Shown piece after piece: positions 35,791 to 41,752 of a stretch of DNA of 41,752 bases. Made by a program: the position numbers and the translations under genes. Origin of the DNA: Candidatus Limnocylindrales bacterium (GTDB taxonomy: Bacteria > Chloroflexota > Limnocylindria > Limnocylindrales > CSP1-4); NCBI GenBank assembly GCA_036386115.1, contig DASVJA010000109.1, forward strand, positions 1-41,752, read 5' to 3'. The number at the start of each line of letters is the position of its first letter. Position 1 is the stretch's first letter. The notes beneath the pieces are model-generated. The model was not told the origin of the DNA. It saw only the letters and a list, made by a program, of their open reading frames with translations, and did not search any database.

Positions 35791-36756
35791 TCAGCCGGGC
35801 ACGACCGCCCGCAAGAGAGTGGCCGGCTCGTCGTCCGCAACGATCTGGTATGAGCCCGCCTCACCGGTAACGACGACCGTTTCGAACCGGTGCAGGCGCA
35901 CCGTCTCCGTCCCGCGTTGGACCTCCGCCATGCCGTCGACTACTGTAAGAACGTGGCAGCTCCGGCCGGCCGTGTCGCCCGCAAGTGGGCCGCCTGAGGG
36001 AGATACGCCGAGCACGTCCAGATCGAAGTAAGGGCATTCGATCGCCGGTGCAGAGCCGGTTTCACCGACCGGTCGAGGCCGCCGCACCGGTTCGTGCGGC
36101 ACGGCCAGGGTTACGGCCACCGATTCGTCGATGTGCAGCTTCCGGCCGACTGAAACCGACCTTCCCCAGTCGTAGACCCGATAGGTGATGTCGCTGGCCT
36201 GCTGGACTTCGTACAGAAGCAGCCCCGGGCCGAGGGCGTGCAGCGTTCCGGCCGGGATCAATACAGAGTCGCCGGCCTCGATCGGCAGAGATTCGGCAAC
36301 CTCGAGGATCCGGCCGTCCCGGATCGCCGAGGCCAGATCGGGGGCGGTTACGCCGGGCCTCACGCCGATCATGCTCTGAGCTCCGGGTTCGCAGGCGATG
36401 AAGTACCAGGCTTCCGTCTTCCCGGATTCCGCCGGTCCTGCCATCCGTCCGGCCTGCTCGTCGTTGGGATGGACCTGCACGGAAAGCCAGTCGGCGCAGT
36501 CCAGCAGCTTGATCAGCAGCGGGAAACGCGGCCCAAAACGACCCGCCACAACGGAGCCCAGCAGCGCCGGAGCGTGCTCGCTCGCCACATCTTCGAGGGT
36601 GCGACCCGCCAGGGTGCCGTTGACGACGCGACTGGGGCCGCAGGCAACCCAGGCCTCGCCGACCGGCGGGCTGGCAGCTTTCAGCTTCTGGCCACCCCAG
36701 ACCCGTTCCCGGTACTGCGGCTCCAGCAGGAGCAACGACTGATTGAGTTGGGGCAA
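35791..36756 (-). CDS. manA: Type I mannose-6-phosphate isomerase (cupin)
   Basis: 'EPQYRERVWGG', 'LSVQVHPND', 'GKTEAWYFI' and 'PAGTLHALGPG' are the PMI type I Zn-ligand and cupin motifs. Confidence 0.88.
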   Translation of the reverse strand: MPQLNQSLLLLEPQYRERVWGGQKLKAASPPVGEAWVACGPSRVVNGTLAGRTLEDVASEHAPALLGSVVAGRFGPRFPLLIKLLDCADWLSVQVHPNDEQAGRMAGPAESGKTEAWYFIACEPGAQSMIGVRPGVTAPDLASAIRDGRILEVAESLPIEAGDSVLIPAGTLHALGPGLLLYEVQQASDITYRVYDWGRSVSVGRKLHIDESVAVTLAVPHEPVRRPRPVGETGSAPAIECPYFDLDVLGVSPSGGPLAGDTAGRSCHVLTVVDGMAEVQRGTETVRLHRFETVVVTGEAGSYQIVADDEPATLLRAVVPG

Positions 36757-36798
36757 GACCTTGTCGCTGCCTCCGGTTCGGTACGTAGCCGCAGGTTA

Positions 36799-36819
36799 GC
36801 AGTACGCCCGGCGTACTGC
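36799..36819. promoter_or_regulatory. Perfect 21-bp palindrome in the manA / vWA divergent region
   Basis: GCAGTACGCC-C-GGCGTACTGC has 10-bp arms. The nearby hairpins are CCGGGT-catt-ACCCGG (36826-41) and GCATCGC-GCAA-GCGATGC (36935-52, GNRA loop). Confidence 0.4.
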
Positions 36820-37057
36820 GCGCCGCCGGGTCATTACCCGGGAATCTTGCGGCGTCGTGATCCGAAGCAGGAGCCGGATCGTATATCCATCAAGCGGACG
36901 GTTCGAGGAGGACGAGCAGCCACGAACCCGCCGGGCATCGCGCAAGCGATGCTCAACGACGCAGGGTAGGGGATCCAACCGGGTACGGCCACCAGCCAGT
37001 CCTTGTACGAATCTGCCCCGCGAGCTATGGCAATTCCTGCCAATGAGGGACACTTCA

Positions 37058-38635
37058 ATGCGACGCGCCCTGGTTTGCTATGCCCTTCTCGCAGTCCTTG
37101 TGACGGCCTGCTCCTCAGCCTCGTCAACGCCGTACTCACCGGCTAACGGGCAGACGGCGCCGCGCGGCTCCTATGCCCCAGCTACGACTCAGGACTCGCA
37201 GCACAACCGCCCAACGGCCAATCCATGGCAGACGTACGTTCCCGAAGTCACGTCGGCGCCGCAGCTGTATCCGTACCCTCCGGTCTCGTTTCCGAGTCTC
37301 GGCACTAATCCGTACGTCGACACCACCAAGGACAACCTGTCCACTTTCGGGCTGGATGTGGACACCGCGTCCTACACAATCGCTCGCAACTACGTGATGC
37401 AGGGCATACGACCGGACGCCGCCGGCGTCAGGCCGGACGAGTGGGTCAACTACTTCGACCAGGGTTATGCGGCACCCGAGACCGGTGCCTTCGCCATCCA
37501 GGCCGACGGCGGCCCGACCCCGTTTCTGAGTTCGAACGAAGTTCTCTTGCGCGTCGGCGTCCGGGCGCGATCGGCCTCAACCACCGCACGACCGTCGGCT
37601 GCTCTGACGCTCGTGGTGGACGTCTCGGGCTCGATGGCCTCCGGCGGCCGCCTGGAGTTGGTGAAGCAGTCGATCGGCCTTCTCGTCGACCAGCTTCGGG
37701 CGGACGATCGTGTCTCGATCGTTGCCTTCACTACCAACTCCCGGGTTGTGCTGGGGTCCACGTCCGGAAGTGAGCGGGGCCGGATCATGGGAGCACTGAA
37801 CGAGCTGTACCCGCAGGATTCCACCAACGTCGCGGCCGGTTTGCGGCTCGGCTATGAGCTTGCGCGGCAGCAGTACATTGCGGGCGGAATCAACCGAGTC
37901 GTCGTTGCCACGGACGGTGTTGCCAACGAGGCCAGCACCGACGCGGCGACCATTTTGCGCGACGCAGGCGCCGGCACCGGGTCACATGTCCAGCTCGTCG
38001 CAGTCGGCGTTGGAATGGGCAACTTCAACGACGCACTCCTGGAGCAGCTCGCGATCCAGGGCGATGGCTTCTACGCGTATGTGGACAACATCGATGAGGC
38101 ACAGCGCATCTTCGTAGATCAGTTGACTCAGACGATCGACACGGTCGCCCTGGATGCCAAAGCCCAGATCGAGTTCAACGTGGCGACTGTCGCCGGTTAT
38201 CGGCTCATCGGTTACGAGGATCGCGCAGTTGCCGACTCGCAGTTCCGCGACCCCAACGCCAAGGGCGGGGCCATTGGGGCCGGCCATCAGGTAACGGCTC
38301 TGTACGCCCTCGTTCTACGGCACGGCGAAGGATCTGACCACCGCCTGGCCACCGTGCAGCTGCGCTGGACGGACCCGCAGTCCAACCGGGCCGTCGAAAT
38401 CTCGGCGGACATCAACAGCGGTGACCTATCGTCCAGCTTCGGGGCGACGGACTCGCACTTCAAGCTCGACTCGCTTGTAGCGGCTACAGCCGAAGTGCTT
38501 CGTAGCAGTCCGTGGATCCCGAACTACGGGATCGGTGACCTGCGTGGCGTTGCCGACGAAATGCGCAGCCAGTTGCCGCAGACCGCCGAGGTGAGCGACT
38601 TCTTGCGGATGCTGGATCAGATCCGATCCTGGTAG
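37058..38635 (+). CDS. von Willebrand factor type A domain lipoprotein (YfbK-like: vWA_N + vWA + DUF3520-type C-terminus)
   Basis: 'MRRALVCYALLAVLVTA|CSS' lipobox, 'LSTFGLDVDTASYTIARNY' N-terminal module and the MIDAS motif 'VVDVSGSM'. A C-terminal beta domain follows. ATG 37043 is an alternative start. Confidence 0.88.
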   Translation: MRRALVCYALLAVLVTACSSASSTPYSPANGQTAPRGSYAPATTQDSQHNRPTANPWQTYVPEVTSAPQLYPYPPVSFPSLGTNPYVDTTKDNLSTFGLDVDTASYTIARNYVMQGIRPDAAGVRPDEWVNYFDQGYAAPETGAFAIQADGGPTPFLSSNEVLLRVGVRARSASTTARPSAALTLVVDVSGSMASGGRLELVKQSIGLLVDQLRADDRVSIVAFTTNSRVVLGSTSGSERGRIMGALNELYPQDSTNVAAGLRLGYELARQQYIAGGINRVVVATDGVANEASTDAATILRDAGAGTGSHVQLVAVGVGMGNFNDALLEQLAIQGDGFYAYVDNIDEAQRIFVDQLTQTIDTVALDAKAQIEFNVATVAGYRLIGYEDRAVADSQFRDPNAKGGAIGAGHQVTALYALVLRHGEGSDHRLATVQLRWTDPQSNRAVEISADINSGDLSSSFGATDSHFKLDSLVAATAEVLRSSPWIPNYGIGDLRGVADEMRSQLPQTAEVSDFLRMLDQIRSW

Positions 38636-38690
38636 GCCCGGCTGGGGTCCGATGGAATGGGCGGCGGGCAGAGGCTCGCCGCCATTTCTC

Positions 38691-40085
38691 CTATGAAGTC
38701 GCTACAGCCACTTCCGACGGAACCGGTTCCTCTCGCCGCCTTTCGATAACGGGCTTCAAGAGCACGCCGCCCATGAGGTAGCAGAACGCCCCGAACAGGA
38801 GAGCCGCTCGGGGCCCGGTCCCGTATCCCAACCAGTTGTTGACTGTATCCATCACCGCCGCCCCACCGAGGGCCAGAGCAACGGTGCCAGCTGAGGCAGT
38901 GGCGACGTTGGAAATACCCATGTACCGCCCCGTTGAGGCCTTGGGGACGATGTCGCTCATCAAGGCCCAGTCGACGGCCAGGAACGCTCCGGCCGCAATG
39001 GCGAACATGGCGGCCCCGAAAAGCGCGATCGGTAACGTGGGCGCCAGGGCGCCGATCACAAGCCCGCCGGATCCGAACGCGCAGGAGGCGTAGATGACCT
39101 TCTTGCGGCCGATTCGGTCTGAGATGCGGCTAGCAGGAACGACCGTGATGATCACGCAGATGCCCACGATCGCGAGCAGGATGAGCTTAGTATCGCCGGC
39201 CTGCTGCTGGTCCAGGCCAAAGACCTGGTAGAGGTAGAAAGTGGCCATGATCGGGTACAGCGCGGCCCCGGTCAGGATGCTGAAGCGCGACCCGACCAGC
39301 CAGATGAAGCTGTGTTCGCGCAGGATGTCCGTACCCCAGGCCTCGCGCGCGATCGCAAACCAGGACTTGCCGTTGCGCGGCTTCACACGCGTGCCTTCAT
39401 CCACGTGCAGGACGACGCTGAGCATCGTCAGGAATTCGACCAGGCCGATGGCCATGGTGCCGTAGAAGAAGGCGTCGGGGTTGCCCTTGCTGAGCGTCAA
39501 GGCCACCGCAGAGATGGTATAGCCAAGGACGTTCCCGAGCGCCGCAAACAGGCCGATTAAGCCGGAAGCCACGCCGACCTGTTTGGCCGGAACTAGATCC
39601 GGGACGTAGCCCTGGAAGGGGCCCTGGGCAAAGTTGGAACTGAACTGGAGAAGGCTCACAAAGGCCGCGACGGCCCAGAGGGCGTTGGAAGTGGCCATCC
39701 CGTAGAGGAAGACAACATCCAGCGCGGCCCCGATGAAGATGTAAGGCTTGCGGCGACCCCAGCGGGTGATCGTGTAGTCGCTGATGGTGCCGACGGTCGG
39801 CTGGACGGCGATGGCGATGAAGGTGCCGAGGATCGCGATCTGAAATGCCCCGAGCCCCTCGCCGCCCTTAGGCACCAGGCCCGTGTACTGGAGGCGGCTG
39901 TTCATGATGTCCAGGACGCCGCTCCACACCGTGGAGATTCCCAGCCAGTAGAGCGAGATCCGAATCAGGTGGCCGAGCGGCATGGTTCGCATCGGGCGGC
40001 CGTCGGCGTCATGGGTTGGCGCCTGGGATGCCCGAATGGGGACTTCGTCGACTATCGCCTCGATTCCCTTCGCTCCATCGAGCAC
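38691..40085 (-). CDS. MFS transporter (12-TM, GPH/folate-biopterin-like subfamily)
   Basis: The GTG at 40085 lies 8 nt downstream of GGAGG. The protein is polytopic, with 'GTISDYTITRWGRRKPYIF' (MFS loop 2-3 motif) and a second-half 'SDRIGRKK' repeat of the motif. Confidence 0.85.
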   Translation of the reverse strand: MLDGAKGIEAIVDEVPIRASQAPTHDADGRPMRTMPLGHLIRISLYWLGISTVWSGVLDIMNSRLQYTGLVPKGGEGLGAFQIAILGTFIAIAVQPTVGTISDYTITRWGRRKPYIFIGAALDVVFLYGMATSNALWAVAAFVSLLQFSSNFAQGPFQGYVPDLVPAKQVGVASGLIGLFAALGNVLGYTISAVALTLSKGNPDAFFYGTMAIGLVEFLTMLSVVLHVDEGTRVKPRNGKSWFAIAREAWGTDILREHSFIWLVGSRFSILTGAALYPIMATFYLYQVFGLDQQQAGDTKLILLAIVGICVIITVVPASRISDRIGRKKVIYASCAFGSGGLVIGALAPTLPIALFGAAMFAIAAGAFLAVDWALMSDIVPKASTGRYMGISNVATASAGTVALALGGAAVMDTVNNWLGYGTGPRAALLFGAFCYLMGGVLLKPVIERRREEPVPSEVAVATS

Positions 40086-40090
40086 CGGCT

Positions 40091-40115
40091 GCGCCTCCGA
40101 TCAACTTGGAGGCGC
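40091..40115 (-). promoter_or_regulatory. Hairpin that sequesters the MFS gene Shine-Dalgarno
   Basis: The minus-strand RNA reads GCGCCUCC-aaguugauc-GGAGGCGC-agccg-GUG. It forms a perfect 8-bp stem whose 3' arm contains the SD. Confidence 0.45.
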
Positions 40116-40357
40116 AAGTATCGCCTGTCCGGGAGGCGTTCGCGTGGCAGAACGAGAGCCCGCAGCTGGGGTCCCGTGGGTTCGGGTTGCTTCGGAGCGT
40201 CGACACGGCAGGAAGTTCCGCCCTGCGGGCCTTGCCGTTGTCGTGGGCTCGCGGGTCGGGACGTGGGTTGGAACCGCCTCCATCTTCAGGGTAGCTTGGC
40301 GCGGCCTCCCAGGCCGCCTCCATGTCGAGCCGGGCGATGGCGACAGGGAGAACACGC

Positions 40358-40948
40358 ATGGCTGAGTCGAGTCGTTTTGGGAAGTCCGCTGCTGCAATTG
40401 CGTCGATAGCGATGGCTCTGGCGCTGGCCGCTTGTTCCGGCGGCGGGTCAACTGCGGGTTCGTCCGGAGCGGCAGGAGGAACCCAAGCTGCCGGCAAGTC
40501 GGCCGGCACTGCTGCGACCGGTGCTGCCTCCGACACGGCCAAACTGCCACCTGGAGACACCTGCAATGCGCTGGCCGCGGCCGACTTCACGCCACTCGGA
40601 TTGACTCTACTCAAGTCCGACCACGGTCTATCGAATGTGCCGGAGATCTGCTTCTATCAGGTCCAGGCCGCCGACGGCACTACAGCTTCGCCCAGCGTCT
40701 CGTTCATGGGGCCAAACGACTTTGAGGCCGGTCAGCTCATCTACAACAAGTCCACTTACCAGTACAAGACGGTTGATGGCATCGGCGACGCGGCCTTCGA
40801 ATTCACGACGCTAGATCCGGTGATCTACGTCAAGGCCAAGGGCTATGTCTTCAACGTTGCAGATATTGGCCTGGGAGGGACGGTCGGAAGCGGCGATCCC
40901 ACGGCGGACATCGAGACGCTGGCCAAGGCCGTGATCTCACACTTGTAG
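40358..40948 (+). CDS. Lipoprotein, DUF3558-like two-Cys architecture (distant paralog of 13462-14121)
   Basis: The ATG at 40358 follows GGGAGA by 6 nt. Lipobox 'ALALAA|CSGG', a G/S/A/T linker, Cys pair ('DTCNAL', 'EICFYQ') and a C-terminus 'LAKAVISHL' similar to 'LATVAISH' of the other copy. Confidence 0.65.
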   Translation: MAESSRFGKSAAAIASIAMALALAACSGGGSTAGSSGAAGGTQAAGKSAGTAATGAASDTAKLPPGDTCNALAAADFTPLGLTLLKSDHGLSNVPEICFYQVQAADGTTASPSVSFMGPNDFEAGQLIYNKSTYQYKTVDGIGDAAFEFTTLDPVIYVKAKGYVFNVADIGLGGTVGSGDPTADIETLAKAVISHL

Positions 40949-40950
40949 CC

Positions 40951-41752
40951 TCAGCCGGCCGTTCGCTCGGACCTCGCCGCCTTTGGGATCTCGCGCAAGG
41001 TCCTGACCGGCGAGGCCAGGACCCATAAGAACGCCAAGGAACTGACGACTGCGCCGATCAGGATCGTAGTTCGGAGCGGCAGGAATGTTGCCAGGAGGCC
41101 GCCGATGATCGACCCGAGCGGCATAGTGCCCCAGACGATGAATCGCATCGTGGCGTTCATGCGGCCCTGCATATCCAGCGGAGTGATCGCCTGCCGGAAG
41201 CTGACCTGGTTCACGTTGTAGACCACGGCCGTGAAGCTCGTCAGGAACATCGCCGTCGATAGGATTGCTCCGGACACCAGTGGCTCGCTCGTCAGGAATA
41301 CGAGCATGAACGTGACCAGGCCACTGGCGAACGCCGATCCCACGATGACCGGACCGACGCCGAAACGCTTGGATAGCGGCGCGGCGAGCAGCGCTCCGGC
41401 CAGCACTCCGACGGCGCCCAGACCCGAAGCCAGACCGACAAGACCCGGCGAAAGCTGGAGCTCCACGTATACAAATATCGGGAAGATGGAAAAGGCCGTG
41501 GTCGTGCCGAGGTTCGACATCCCGGTGGAACCGGCGATCATCCGCAGGTAGCGGTTTCCGAGGACATATCGGAGGCCCTCGACGATCTCCTGGCGCAGGC
41601 TGGTTCGCGACCCATCGTCGGTCAGTTTGCGCTCCGGCTTCGGCTCGGTCTTGCGAATCAACGAGATCAAGCCGCCTGAGACCAGGAAGCTGGCCGCATC
41701 GATCAGGACGGTGAAAGGTGCCGCGACCAGGCCGATCAGCCCGCCGCCCAAA
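40951..41752 (-). CDS. MFS transporter (EntS/MFS_3-like), N-terminus beyond the window edge
   Basis: The frame is open to the window end. Six or more TM helices, and 'LRYVLGNRYLRMIAG' is typical of the central loop of DUF894/MFS_3 exporters. Confidence 0.8.
   Translation of the reverse strand, partial: LGGGLIGLVAAPFTVLIDAASFLVSGGLISLIRKTEPKPERKLTDDGSRTSLRQEIVEGLRYVLGNRYLRMIAGSTGMSNLGTTTAFSIFPIFVYVELQLSPGLVGLASGLGAVGVLAGALLAAPLSKRFGVGPVIVGSAFASGLVTFMLVFLTSEPLVSGAILSTAMFLTSFTAVVYNVNQVSFRQAITPLDMQGRMNATMRFIVWGTMPLGSIIGGLLATFLPLRTTILIGAVVSSLAFLWVLASPVRTLREIPKAARSERTAG

Overview
This is a 41.75-kb chromosomal segment with high G+C (roughly two-thirds by eye). It is densely coding and has many 1-nt and 4-nt start/stop overlaps (ATGA, GTGA, TGATG). 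Gene content and synteny (recO near glyQS, GT87/DUF2029 membrane glycosyltransferases, DUF3558-like lipoproteins, frequent GTG starts) suggest an Actinomycetota- or Chloroflexota-like Terrabacteria lineage, but the taxon cannot be fixed from sequence alone. I found no rRNA, tRNA, CRISPR array, transposase or integrase. Left third (1-14.1 kb) is housekeeping: ispE (5' truncated), ridA, glmU, a CNNM/CorC-type protein, polyprenyl synthase, a PNPOx-like protein, flavodoxin/WrbA-like, recO, a stand-alone receiver, glyQS, two tandem GT87 paralogs and a lipoprotein. Centre (14.2-28.5 kb) is a ferredoxin/H2 redox island: nfnAB-type (GltD-like plus PyrK-like) oxidoreductase, a zinc-ribbon P/Q-rich membrane protein, a hydrogenase maturation endopeptidase, a complete six-gene echABCDEF-type group 4 [NiFe]-hydrogenase operon led by an atypical receiver-domain gene, divergent hypAB, a lipoprotein and ppdK. 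Right third (28.5-41.75 kb) is accessory-looking: a MerR/GyrI-like regulator with a coupled mini-ORF, a DUF72 gene preceded by a small ORF and facing a divergent WYL (YafY-type) regulator, a protein with EF-hand-like Ca-binding loops, an orphan ABC ATPase coupled to a NUDIX hydrolase, type I mannose-6-P isomerase, a vWA lipoprotein, two MFS transporters and a second DUF3558-like lipoprotein. The most interesting signals follow. (1) A receiver-domain protein with Glu at the apparent phospho-acceptor position is translationally tied to echA. (2) The hydrogenase large subunit ends exactly at DPCxxCxxR with no cleavable tail, yet an intact maturation protease gene follows the operon. (3) An 8-mer plus 9-mer motif pair is shared by the nfn and ech/hyp promoter regions. 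(4) Several intergenic regions look strongly structured (35.5-35.8 kb, 34.13-34.19 kb, 40.09-40.12 kb). All functional calls rest on my recognition of motifs in the supplied translations. No database search was run.
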